A stretch of 62,192 nt of DNA, filler included, from an uncultured bacterium (GTDB lineage: Bacteria > CAYJOG01): NCBI GenBank assembly GCA_964371695.1. It is 13 parts of 13 records of this genome, joined end to end, with 100 filler letters (N's around TTAATTAATTAA, not from the genome) between each part and the next. Parts side by side here need not be neighbours in the genome. Positions count along the whole stretch, not along the records: positions 14,616 to 19,373 come from CAYJOG010000264.1; positions 19,474 to 24,167 come from CAYJOG010000265.1; positions 24,268 to 28,940 come from CAYJOG010000266.1; 10 more parts are not named here. The stretch is one strand, 5' to 3'. Position 1 is the first letter of the stretch, and each line of letters opens with the position of its first letter. Both the position numbers and the translations under genes were made by a program. A model generated the notes under the pieces. It was not told the DNA's origin, searched no databases, and saw nothing but the letters and a program-made list of their open reading frames with translations. Shown here piece after piece: positions 18,629 to 27,234 of this stretch.

Positions 18629-19372
18629 TCATTCCAAGTCATCAAGATCTTCTGGGCGTTGAATAACAAACTCTTTTTCCCAGGTCAGAATTTTTGGTAA
18701 GACTGAAAAACTGTCTGGACGAACCCCTTCAGGCAGGTCTTTCATGGCCTCAGTTACGGCTGAGGCCATGGGCCTTAGATTTTTACATATTCGGATATTT
18801 GCGCCATCTCTTCCGATAGCATAGACACGATATATTTCATATTTTTCTGGGTCAATCATGATTTCATCGATCTCTGCTCCGGAAATATGGATCATTCTAT
18901 TGAATTCGCCATAAGTGCTTTTGACGTCTATTTTTATATTTTCGCCTTTTTGTGTCGTGACTAAAAAATCGAACGGTGCAACAGCATTTATTTGAGCCGA
19001 CCACTCTACGGCAGCGAGTATGCTATTTTTTAAAAGATGTCGCAAATGAATGTAAACCAATCCTTCGCCGTCTCTTCCGATCTGGTCAGCATTTGATTTT
19101 GCTTTTGCAAGATCATCTGGAGTGACTGGTCTTGCGCGTTGACGCCGAATCTTGTCTATAGCAGATTTGCTCCCAAAAGCTGCATCCTGAAGAGTCTCAT
19201 TAAATCCTGAATCCGAAACAAACCTATTCAGAGGGCTCGTTTCCAAAACAATGCCTTTTTCCATGACCCCCATTAGGGACTCTTGTGAAATCCGGACCAT
19301 GCTTTTTTTTCCATCAGGGATAAGAGGAGAAAGCGCCAAAAAAACGGGCTTGTCAACAGGATCATTTTTTGA
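18629..19372 (-). CDS. DUF3883/NO VEIN-C-type PD-(D/E)xK nuclease, putative restriction endonuclease (5' truncated)
   Basis: IGRDGEGLV...PFDF...IKIDVKST...IHISGAE; convergent with the MTase. Confidence 0.7.
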   Translation of the reverse strand, partial: SKNDPVDKPVFLALSPLIPDGKKSMVRISQESLMGVMEKGIVLETSPLNRFVSDSGFNETLQDAAFGSKSAIDKIRRQRARPVTPDDLAKAKSNADQIGRDGEGLVYIHLRHLLKNSILAAVEWSAQINAVAPFDFLVTTQKGENIKIDVKSTYGEFNRMIHISGAEIDEIMIDPEKYEIYRVYAIGRDGANIRICKNLRPMASAVTEAMKDLPEGVRPDSFSVLPKILTWEKEFVIQRPEDLDDLE

Positions 19373-19473
19373 ANNNNNNNNNNNNNNNNNNNNNNNNNNN
19401 NNNNNNNNNNNNNNNNNTTAATTAATTAANNNNNNNNNNNNNNNNNNNNNNNNNNNNNNNNNNNNNNNNNNNN

Positions 19474-20214
19474 GCCTATCCCACACAAAACATGGGGGTG
19501 TCGCTGGTGGGCAACGTGGACATCGACAAAGGCATTGCACTGCTGGCCCGCTACGTGGGCAGCCTGCCCGCCACCCCCGCGCCGGTGGTGAGCGCCGACC
19601 TGCGCCGCTGCCGCCTGGCCCCCGGCGAAACCCGCCGCACGGTTTTTCAGGGACCGGAAGACCGCACCATGGTGCGCCTCGTGATGAACGCGCCGGATTA
19701 CACCGACGTGTGGGACGTGGCCGCCATGGGTGTGGTGAGCACGGCGCTGACACTGCGGCTGAAGGAGCGCCTGCGCGAAGAACTGGGGGCGGTGTATTAC
19801 GCCTTTGCCAGTTGCTCGGTGGACCTGCGCAACCTGGGCAATGGGCGCTGCGCGGTGGAGTTCACCGTGCCCTGGAAGCTGGTGGACAAAGCCCTGGCCG
19901 AAACCCGCAAGGCCATGGCCGCCATGGCCAAAAACGGCCCCACGCAAAAAGAACTGGACGAAGTGAAACTGGCCCGCAAAAAAAATCACGAGGAACAGAT
20001 TCGGGAAAACTGGTTCTGGAGCGAGCTGGTGCTGGAGCAGTCCACGCTGCGCAAGGTGCCCGTGGATTTCTGGCCCCGCCACCGCGAGCGCATTCAGCAG
20101 GTCACGCTCAAACAGGCCAAAGCCGTCGCCGCAAAATATCTGGGCCCCGGCGACCTGACGGTGGTGGTGGCCACGGGCGAACAACACGCCCCGGGAAAAA
20201 AGAAAGGGCGGTAG
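19474..20214 (+). CDS. M16 family (PqqL-like) zinc protease, C-terminal part
   Basis: LVGNVD...YVGSLPA, RLKERLREELGAVY, GPTQKEL, IRENWFW, QQVT. Confidence 0.8.
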   Translation, partial: AYPTQNMGVSLVGNVDIDKGIALLARYVGSLPATPAPVVSADLRRCRLAPGETRRTVFQGPEDRTMVRLVMNAPDYTDVWDVAAMGVVSTALTLRLKERLREELGAVYYAFASCSVDLRNLGNGRCAVEFTVPWKLVDKALAETRKAMAAMAKNGPTQKELDEVKLARKKNHEEQIRENWFWSELVLEQSTLRKVPVDFWPRHRERIQQVTLKQAKAVAAKYLGPGDLTVVVATGEQHAPGKKKGR

Positions 20215-20243
20215 CAGAGTAAGGTTTTTTGTTTTTGAATAAA

Positions 20244-20475
20244 CCCCTCACCCCAACCCTCTCCCCATTAAAGGGGAGAGGGGGCCGGGGATGCATCCCG
20301 GTGGATAACCCGAACCCAAAGGACGTAAGAACGTCATGCGTTCAGGATTTCCCGTTTGAAAATCAGGGGTGATTAACCCCCTCTCCCCTGCTGGGGAGAG
20401 GGTTGGGGTGAGGGGTAAAACATGAACACAAAACCTTTTTGGTTTACTGAACTGCCGCTTTCGCGGGAATGACGG
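20244..20475. repeat. Repeat cluster: two CCCTCTCCCC-family units plus one GTCATTCCCGC unit
   Basis: 20244-20284, 20377-20415 and 20446-20475, between convergent genes. Confidence 0.8.
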
Positions 20476-20528
20476 CGGAAAAGCTGAAAGCCTTACCCCT
20501 CACTTCAATCTGGATGTTCCAAAAGTTT

Positions 20529-21194
20529 TCAGCCCAGCTCTTTGGCCAGCGCCGCCTGCAACGCCTTGAGGTTTTCAAACACGGCGTCGGCTTCGCGCAG
20601 GTGTTCCGGGCCAAGAGACGTACACACCGCCATCACCCGCAGGCCCGCCGCCTTGGCCGAGCGAATGCCGTAGGGGGCGTTTTCCACCACCACCACTTCA
20701 TGCGGCGAGAGCTTCGTGCGGGCAAGCGCCGTCAGATACGGCTCCGGGTGGGGTTTGCCCCGGTGCACCTGATCACCCGTCACCACATGGCTGAATACGC
20801 CACGCCAATAATCCGGAAACACTTTTTGCCACTCGCCCATGCTGGTGCCGGTGACGATGGCGTGCACCAGACCGGCGGGGTGGCCGTGGGTGAACTTCAC
20901 CAGCGCCTTGGCGTGGGGAATGGTTTTGCCGGGGCGATAGATGCGGGCGAAGCGTTTTTCCTTTTCCGCCAGCACGTGGTCTATCTGCTGTTCGGTGGGC
21001 TTGATCCCCCCCATGGCCAGCAGGTCGCGGGCGGTGACGCGCCCCTGCTCGCCTTCGCGCCGGTAAATCTCCATGCGGTCGATGTCCACGCCCAGGCTTT
21101 TCATGGCGTCGCGCCAGGCCATCCAGTGATAAGGCATGCCGTCTATCAGCACGCCGTCCATGTCAAACAAAAGGCCCTTGAGTTCCGGTTTCAT
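20529..21194 (-). CDS. HAD-superfamily phosphatase (beta-phosphoglucomutase-like)
   Basis: LFDMDGVLID, GKPHPEPYL, VVENAPYGIRSAKAAG. Confidence 0.92.
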   Translation of the reverse strand: MKPELKGLLFDMDGVLIDGMPYHWMAWRDAMKSLGVDIDRMEIYRREGEQGRVTARDLLAMGGIKPTEQQIDHVLAEKEKRFARIYRPGKTIPHAKALVKFTHGHPAGLVHAIVTGTSMGEWQKVFPDYWRGVFSHVVTGDQVHRGKPHPEPYLTALARTKLSPHEVVVVENAPYGIRSAKAAGLRVMAVCTSLGPEHLREADAVFENLKALQAALAKELG

Positions 21195-21312
21195 TTTTCT
21201 GATCCGTTGCCGGTGATGCGCACGGGCAAGGCGGCGGATTGTAAAGCAACAGCCGACATGGGCGCACCTATACTTTTCCTATCCCTGATTTTCACGAAAG
21301 GAACGACCCCCC

Positions 21313-21867
21313 ATGAACCGCACCGTCGAAAACACCGCCCTGCTCGCCCTGGGTGTGCTGGGTTACAGCTACGTGGAATACGCCCACCACGTTTATGGCG
21401 GCCACCACAAAAAAATGGGCGAGGAACTGTATCGCTCGCACCAGAATCACCACCTGGACCCCATGGAGGGCGGCGTGTCGTTCCCTGAAAAACTGCGCCA
21501 GCGCGCCCCCTTGGTGGGCAAGGCTGCGGCAGCGATGGCGGCGGGCCTGGGGCCGCTGATGGGGGCGCGGCGCACGGGGTGGTTCATGGCGGGCATGTTG
21601 GGGGGATACGTGTATTCGGAGTGGTTCCACCACACCATGCACCACCGGGGGCCACAAAACGCCTTTGAAGATTTCATGTGGCGTTATCACTACATTCACC
21701 ATTTCAGGGACAGCAAAAAAAACATCGGTTTCACCTCTCCGCTGTGGGATTTTGTGATGGGCACGGCAGACACGGAAAGCCCCGTGGCCGTGCCCAAAAG
21801 CAAGATCCCAAAAAACTGGCCCCGCGACGTTGCAGGCATTGAGGTGCGCGAAAAAAAGACGGCGTGA
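21313..21867 (+). CDS. Fatty acid hydroxylase/sterol desaturase family protein
   Basis: His boxes EYAHH..GH, HQNHH, EWFHHTMHH, HYIHHF; GFTSPLWDFVMGT. Confidence 0.88.
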   Translation: MNRTVENTALLALGVLGYSYVEYAHHVYGGHHKKMGEELYRSHQNHHLDPMEGGVSFPEKLRQRAPLVGKAAAAMAAGLGPLMGARRTGWFMAGMLGGYVYSEWFHHTMHHRGPQNAFEDFMWRYHYIHHFRDSKKNIGFTSPLWDFVMGTADTESPVAVPKSKIPKNWPRDVAGIEVREKKTA

Positions 21868-21942
21868 GGGAGCGAGATGACAAAACATTGATAATCACAA
21901 TTCGCCATATTTCGACCATCGATTAATATGAAACGCCCCCTA

Positions 21943-22174
21943 CCCCCTCTCCCCTTTAATGGGGAGAGGGTTGGGGTGAGGGGTTTATTCAAAAGCAAAA
22001 AAACCAAAAAAGGTTTTTGTCTTTTGTTTGAACCCCGGCACTGTCGTGCCGCTGGGCGCGCCCGGCAGCATCAATATGCTGCCGCAGCCCCAAAAGACCA
22101 CCCGCGCCCATTACCCGGACGGCTTGGCCAAAAAGAGGCCAACCCATCCGACCTCTCCCCATAAAGGGGAGAGG
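21943..22174. repeat. Repeat cluster: CCCTCTCCCC units flanking a CGGCAGCAT-family unit
   Basis: 21943-21983, 22031-22108 and 22152-22174. Confidence 0.8.
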
Positions 22175-22237
22175 CGAAAAACCTTCCCGCCCCTGGCTCT
22201 ACCATTTCCGAAAACGCTTCGACCTTCAGCTTCCTGT

Positions 22238-23167
22238 TCATTCCTCCCCCTGCACCACCGCCACCACGTGGCCGCGAATGCGGGGCTGGTGGCGCTCCAG
22301 CAGCACCAAATCCGCATGGTGCGGGTTGAGGCTGTTGAGCACCAGGTGACTGTTGCTCTGCTTGATGTATTTGATGGCGACTTTTTCGTCGCCGCCATCT
22401 TCGCGCCACGCCACCACCTGGGGCAGACCGGGCATCAGCACCTCGCTGTGGGCCACCACACACAGGCCCTCCTGCGGAATCAGCGGCTCCATGCTGTCTC
22501 CCTCCACCCGCAGCAGGTAATGCCGCTTCGGGTCCAGGGGCTGCTGCACTCCCAGCCAGCGCAGCGCCCCCACCGCCACCGCCTGCCGGGCGGGTTCATC
22601 CATGGTGTCAAACCAGTCCCGCCCAAGGGTTGAGGCAGCGGCCCGGCCCAGTTTGTAGAGCAGGACGGTCTCCTGCTGCGCGGCGGGGGCCAGCTTGAGG
22701 CGGGGCTTGGGCGGGCGACCCCGGCGGCGGGGCGCGGGGGGTTCCTCGGCCTGAAGCTGATAGGGTCGGCCCGGCTCTGCCAGCCGCAGGCCCTTGTGGC
22801 GGGGCGCGGCGTCTGACCCCATGTCGGGTGAAACCTCCACCGGGGCGGAAAGGTCCAGACTGTCGGCCAGTTTGCCGCACACCTTCAAAAAAGTGTGCAG
22901 CTCGTGAGCCGACAGGCCGCCCTCCTGCAAAAACGACAGCAGGCGCTGAAGCTCTGTGGAAAGGGGTTTGTCGTAGTGCCCCAGCAGATAACCCTGGGGC
23001 AGCGAGAGGGCGGTTTCCACCGCCGCCAGCCGGTGCATGGGCGGGCCGTGGTGCGACAACCAGTGTTTGACGGCGCTCTGACTCACACCGATGCGCTCGG
23101 CCAGAGCCTGCTGGCTCAGACCCTTGCGCTTGAGCGCCGCCCGCAGGCGATGGGCAATTGTGTCCAT
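22238..23167 (-). CDS. XRE-HTH plus S24 peptidase (CI/LexA-like) repressor with an AT-hook in the linker
   Basis: RKGLSQQALAERIGVSQSAVKHW HTH; RRRGRPPK; LRVEGDSMEP (Ser) and VAIK (Lys). Confidence 0.88.
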   Translation of the reverse strand: MDTIAHRLRAALKRKGLSQQALAERIGVSQSAVKHWLSHHGPPMHRLAAVETALSLPQGYLLGHYDKPLSTELQRLLSFLQEGGLSAHELHTFLKVCGKLADSLDLSAPVEVSPDMGSDAAPRHKGLRLAEPGRPYQLQAEEPPAPRRRGRPPKPRLKLAPAAQQETVLLYKLGRAAASTLGRDWFDTMDEPARQAVAVGALRWLGVQQPLDPKRHYLLRVEGDSMEPLIPQEGLCVVAHSEVLMPGLPQVVAWREDGGDEKVAIKYIKQSNSHLVLNSLNPHHADLVLLERHQPRIRGHVVAVVQGEE

Positions 23168-23173
23168 GAAAAC

Positions 23174-23202
23174 ATCATAAAGCAGACACAATAAGTTGTA
23201 AA
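23174..23202 (-). promoter_or_regulatory. sigma70 promoter predicting a leaderless repressor mRNA
   Basis: Minus strand TTTACA-N17-TATGAT-N6-ATG(23167). Confidence 0.65.
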
Positions 23203-23281
23203 GTAACTTGATTAAGTCAGAAATGCGACTAAATTAGGGCTTAAGCAGCAAACAAATCTTTAATACCCCAAAGGAGCCACC

Positions 23282-23569
23282 ATGAACCCCGCCGACACCG
23301 CGCTTGCCGCCAACACTCCCTGGCCTTCGCCTGAGGAACAAAAAACCATGCGGGAGAAAGTGCTCAAGGCCTTGGCGGATCGCCCACCCCGGCCCAGTGC
23401 AGAGGAGGAATGGCAAGAGCTGACTTTGGCGGAACAGAACCACGAGTGTTATCTGCGGGACCGTTGGCGCAGGCGGTGGGCGCTGAACGGTGAGCGCCTG
23501 AGCCAGCGCCGCCTGGGCCGCCGGGGCAATGGCACCCGGCTCTCACCCTGGCTCAACCGGGTGAGGTGA
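23282..23569 (+). CDS. Hypothetical protein divergent from the repressor
   Basis: AAGGAG RBS; 95-aa ORF with Arg-rich C-terminus. Confidence 0.55.
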   Translation: MNPADTALAANTPWPSPEEQKTMREKVLKALADRPPRPSAEEEWQELTLAEQNHECYLRDRWRRRWALNGERLSQRRLGRRGNGTRLSPWLNRVR

Positions 23570-23580
23570 GGCCTGAGAGC

Positions 23581-23963
23581 CATAGGCGTCAACTTAAGGG
23601 AAAAACCCCTGATTTCTCGCCCTTTTTGGGAGTAGGCGCGACGCCGCTATCGCCTTTGCTCGGCCAGATGCCTCAATAGGCATCTGGAAAGATTCCTCGC
23701 AAACCGTCTTGCCACAACAACCTTGCGGCCATGGATGGCCGCATTCGAAAACCGGAGCTTTGAAAAAGCGCAGGTTTTCGCCACGTCGAGGGGGCTTTGC
23801 CCCCGAAGGCGTTGGGTTTTAAAAGTCCACGACGGACTTTTAAAACAGGTTCTTGGAGTAGGCGCGGTGTCCCCACCGCGCAACAACAATTTCAAAATCA
23901 GGGGGTTTTTGCCCTTCGCGGCGACGGTGGCGTCGCCGCTACTCCGTAAACTTAACGCCTATG
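23581..23963. mobile_element. Composite MITE with IS4-family-like ends
   Basis: Left end CATAGGCGTCAACTTAAG; right end (reverse complement) CATAGGCGTTAAGTTTAC; flanked by GCCTGAGAGC (23571-23580) and GCCTGAGACC (23964-23973); no transposase. Confidence 0.7.
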
Positions 23964-23969
23964 GCCTGA

Positions 23970-24075
23970 GACCCTGTTTATAAACAGGGTCAGCGGGCCA
24001 TGAATGGCCCGCCTCAAAAACCGAAGTGTTGAAAACACAGAAGTTTTTCCCGGTTTTGCGCGGGCGTTGCCCCCA
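23970..24075 (+). mobile_element. Left part of the IS5-type MITE family
   Basis: GACCCTGTTTATAAACAGGGTC palindrome, then GCGGGCCATGAATGGCCCGC and CCGAAGTGTTGAAAACAC as in the 25433 and 61869 copies. Confidence 0.6.
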
Positions 24076-24371
24076 TTGCTGTCAGGTTTGTGGGAAAAGT
24101 CCCGGATTATCAGGGGTTTTTTGAGGTCGCCCCGGCGTCCCGCCGGGAGCATCAACCGCGCCAAAGGNNNNNNNNNNNNNNNNNNNNNNNNNNNNNNNNN
24201 NNNNNNNNNNNTTAATTAATTAANNNNNNNNNNNNNNNNNNNNNNNNNNNNNNNNNNNNNNNNNNNNGGTGTCCCCACCGCATTATGGCAGCAGCGATGG
24301 GGACATCGCTGCTACTCATTTTGAGTCGAATGAACCACTGGTGGCAGGCAAAAGCAAATCAGGAGGGCGTC

Positions 24372-25433
24372 ATGGCCATCATCAAGAAACTCTCGGGACA
24401 TTTTCTGGAAGACTTCAAGGCGGGCCAGGTGTTCCGGCACAAAGGCGGCAAAACCATCAACGAGGGTCTGTTCAACGATTTCACCGAGTTCAACTTCACC
24501 ACCAATCCCCTCAGCAAAAACGCCGAATACGCCAAGCTGTATGGTTATCAGGGGTTGGTGTGCCCCGCTGGGTTGGTGATGAACGTGGTGTTCAGCCAGA
24601 CAGTGAACGACATCAGCGAAAACGCCCGCGCCAACCTGGGTTACATCAACATGACCTTTGGCGCGCCGGTGTATATCGGCGACACGCTTGAGGCCGAAAC
24701 CACCATCCTGGCGGTGCAGCCCAGCAGCAAAGACCCTGACCGGGGCGTGGTGCATGTGGCCACCGTGGGGCGCAACCAGCGCGGCGAAGTGGTGATTGCG
24801 TTTGAGCGCAAGGTGCAGATATGGAAGAACAACCTGGACGCCCCGGTGGACGACAACACCCTGTCTGATTACAAAGCCCCCGAAGTGCATTTGTGGTTGC
24901 CCGCCCATGACGCCAAAAAGGACTACAAGGCCAAGGCGCATCTTTCCAGCAGCGACACCTATTTCGAGGACTTCACCCAGGGCGACACCTATGAACACAG
25001 CCGGGGTCGCGTGGTGGGTCAGGAGCACGTGTTCCTCACGGCCCGCCTGGACAACACCAGCCAGTTGCACTGCAACCAGACGCTCATCGACCGCTTCCCC
25101 GACAAATACATCGGCGGCAAGCTGCTGATTTACGGCGGCATCCCGTTCAATCTGGCCCAGGGCCTGAGTTGTGTGGACATCGCCGACAACAGCCTGGGCG
25201 ACGTGATTTATCCCTCTGGCAAACACACCGGGCCGCTGTTTGAAGGCGACACCGTGTTTGCTTCCACCGAAATATCGGGCAAGGACGACTATCCCGGCCG
25301 CGAAGACCTGGGCCTGCTCAAAACCGTGCTGCGCGCCCACAAGTTTGTGCGTAAAGACGGCGAAGAGAAAAAGGTGGACCTGTTTGAACTGACACGTTAT
25401 CTGGCCGTGAAACGCCGCAGCCACTACGCTTAG
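24372..25433 (+). CDS. Tandem MaoC hydratase, mesaconyl-CoA (2-methylfumaryl-CoA) hydratase-like
   Basis: GHFLEDF..GQVFRH; VFSQTVNDISENARANLGY..PVYIGDTL; second hot-dog unit YFEDF.QGD..EHSRGR; AGGAGG RBS before ATG 24372. Confidence 0.8.
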   Translation: MAIIKKLSGHFLEDFKAGQVFRHKGGKTINEGLFNDFTEFNFTTNPLSKNAEYAKLYGYQGLVCPAGLVMNVVFSQTVNDISENARANLGYINMTFGAPVYIGDTLEAETTILAVQPSSKDPDRGVVHVATVGRNQRGEVVIAFERKVQIWKNNLDAPVDDNTLSDYKAPEVHLWLPAHDAKKDYKAKAHLSSSDTYFEDFTQGDTYEHSRGRVVGQEHVFLTARLDNTSQLHCNQTLIDRFPDKYIGGKLLIYGGIPFNLAQGLSCVDIADNSLGDVIYPSGKHTGPLFEGDTVFASTEISGKDDYPGREDLGLLKTVLRAHKFVRKDGEEKKVDLFELTRYLAVKRRSHYA

Positions 25434-25615
25434 AGCCTGTTTATAAATTGCGCCATGTGAAACATGGTGTAATAGAAACAGGCTCTTGCGGGACATGGAT
25501 GTCCCGCTTCAAAAGCCGAAGTGTTGAAAACACTGAGGTTTTTGCCCGCCGAGGAGGCTTTGCCCCCGCTGGCGGTAAGTTTATAAAGTCCAGGACGGAC
25601 TTTATAAACAGGTTC
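25433..25615 (+). mobile_element. IS5-type MITE, 183 bp
   Basis: TIRs GAGCCTGTTTATAAA / TTTATAAACAGGTTC (14/15), flanked by TTA on both sides. Confidence 0.8.
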
Positions 25616-25622
25616 TTAGATT

Positions 25623-26114
25623 TCACAATTCGTGCCACGTGTCGTCCTGACCCTGCCAACGCACCTGATGGGGCAGGGCGTGCAGCCACGCGGCCTGGGG
25701 CGGGCAGCGGGTTTTCCAGCCGGGCAGTTGGGGCAGCAGGTGTTTCATCTCGCCGGGTTCCAGGGCGCTGATGAGCGTGAAGGGCTGGGAGCGTAAATCC
25801 AGCAGCGCGTCGCCGCCACTCAACTGGCCGCTTAAACGCAGAAAAAATGAAAGGGGAAATCCGGTGGGGTTTTCCATGGCGTCCCGCATCATCAGCACCG
25901 GCTCGAACTGCCTTTTCAGCAGCGCCAGCCACGCCTGCTCGTGGCCGGGGCGGGGGCAGAACCACCAGTTGGCTTCATCCCGCAGATACCACAGGTGGGG
26001 CATGTCCCCCAGCACGGCGAGGGCTTCTTCTCCCAGGCAGTCCTGCAAAAGACGCCCGGCGTGGGGCTGGGGCAGGCAGCCCATCTCAAGCATGGTGTCG
26101 GTGGCGCTCTTCAT
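25623..26114 (-). CDS. Hypothetical protein
   Basis: 163-aa ORF filling the gap with host-like codon use. Confidence 0.5.
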   Translation of the reverse strand: MKSATDTMLEMGCLPQPHAGRLLQDCLGEEALAVLGDMPHLWYLRDEANWWFCPRPGHEQAWLALLKRQFEPVLMMRDAMENPTGFPLSFFLRLSGQLSGGDALLDLRSQPFTLISALEPGEMKHLLPQLPGWKTRCPPQAAWLHALPHQVRWQGQDDTWHEL

Positions 26115-26226
26115 CTGGAGGACAGTTTATGTATGGCTTGTGCCCGTCTTCACAAGGAATCTTTCACTCAATGGTTCCAAAATGTGGTCACATGACCGAA
26201 AATAAGAGCCAAGGGGGAAAACCGCC

Positions 26227-27234
26227 ATGGCCATGCTGAGTGACAACGTTGCCGAGAAAATCGACGCGATGATCTACGAGGTCTATCGCACACCACTCGA
26301 CCTTTCACCCGAGGTGGCCTATAAAAAAGTGGACACGCTCTATGAAAAAGCCAAAAAAGACCAGTGGAACGTGAGCGAGCAGTTCAACTTCAAAAAATCT
26401 GCCAAAGAGGAAAAACCAAAACCCGCGCCCCAGGGCGAATATGCCATGACGCAGGAGGAGCGCGAGGCCATCGCGCGCATCTACAGCCAGTTGTATTACG
26501 GCGAGCGGGGCGCGCAGATCATCAGCAGCCAGATGGTGGGCATGGTGCCCCACAACGAGGCCAGCAAGTTTTTGAGCACCCAGAGCATGGACGAAGCCCG
26601 TCACGTGGAAATTTTCGAAAAGATGCTCATGGATTTCGACCGCATCTATCCCATGAACCCGTTCCTGGCCATGCTGCTGAGCGACATGTGTACCGCCCCC
26701 AGTTGGCAGGAAAAAATCATCGGCATGAACATGCTGGTGGAAGGCCTGGCGCTCACCGTGTTCCGCACCATGGTGGACACTTTCGAGAATCACCCCAAGC
26801 TCAAGAACGATCCCAATTCGAAAAAAGTGGTGGAGCCGCTGCGGTACATCCTCAAGGATGAAGCCCGGCACGTGGGGTTTGCCATGGTGTATCTGCCCGA
26901 AACACTCAAGAAGGGATCCATGTCGCCCGCTCACGAACTGCGCCTGCAGGTGCGCCAGTTGTGGTGGATGCTGCTGCTGTATGGCAGCGTGAAATATCAC
27001 GAGCCGGAGACCACCCTGGTGGGCGTGGATTACATGAAAATTCTCAAGGGGATTCTGGGAGACCATCAGGCCCGCGTGGAGGAAATGCAGGTGGGCGTGC
27101 TGGTGCGCAGCGACCAGATCGAAAAAATCATTCCGGTGCTGGACCGCATTGTGGCGGCGGCCATGCTGGTGCCAGAGCGCCTGATGCCCGCCTTTTTGCG
27201 CAACACCGCCCAGCGGGTGCTGAAGGTGGCTTAA
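26227..27234 (+). CDS. Ferritin-like diiron protein
   Basis: YGERGA..MDEARH / VEGLAL..KDEARH: two E..DExRH diiron motifs. Confidence 0.85.
   Translation: MAMLSDNVAEKIDAMIYEVYRTPLDLSPEVAYKKVDTLYEKAKKDQWNVSEQFNFKKSAKEEKPKPAPQGEYAMTQEEREAIARIYSQLYYGERGAQIISSQMVGMVPHNEASKFLSTQSMDEARHVEIFEKMLMDFDRIYPMNPFLAMLLSDMCTAPSWQEKIIGMNMLVEGLALTVFRTMVDTFENHPKLKNDPNSKKVVEPLRYILKDEARHVGFAMVYLPETLKKGSMSPAHELRLQVRQLWWMLLLYGSVKYHEPETTLVGVDYMKILKGILGDHQARVEEMQVGVLVRSDQIEKIIPVLDRIVAAAMLVPERLMPAFLRNTAQRVLKVA

Larger units (their letters stand above)
16600..19373. mobile_element. AT-rich defence islet beginning at the tRNA-Thr 3' end (right end beyond the contig)
   Basis: Abrupt drop in GC and in GC3 codon bias right after the tRNA; carries vsr, a C5 MTase and a nuclease; no integrase visible. 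Confidence 0.6.

Noticed and set aside
22238..24167. Prophage suggested by the CI-like repressor
   Set aside because: No integrase, replication, structural or lysis genes on the contig
23570..24340. Clustered palindromes as a possible CRISPR array
   Set aside because: Units are non-identical, irregularly spaced and dispersed; there is no repeat-spacer periodicity and no cas gene
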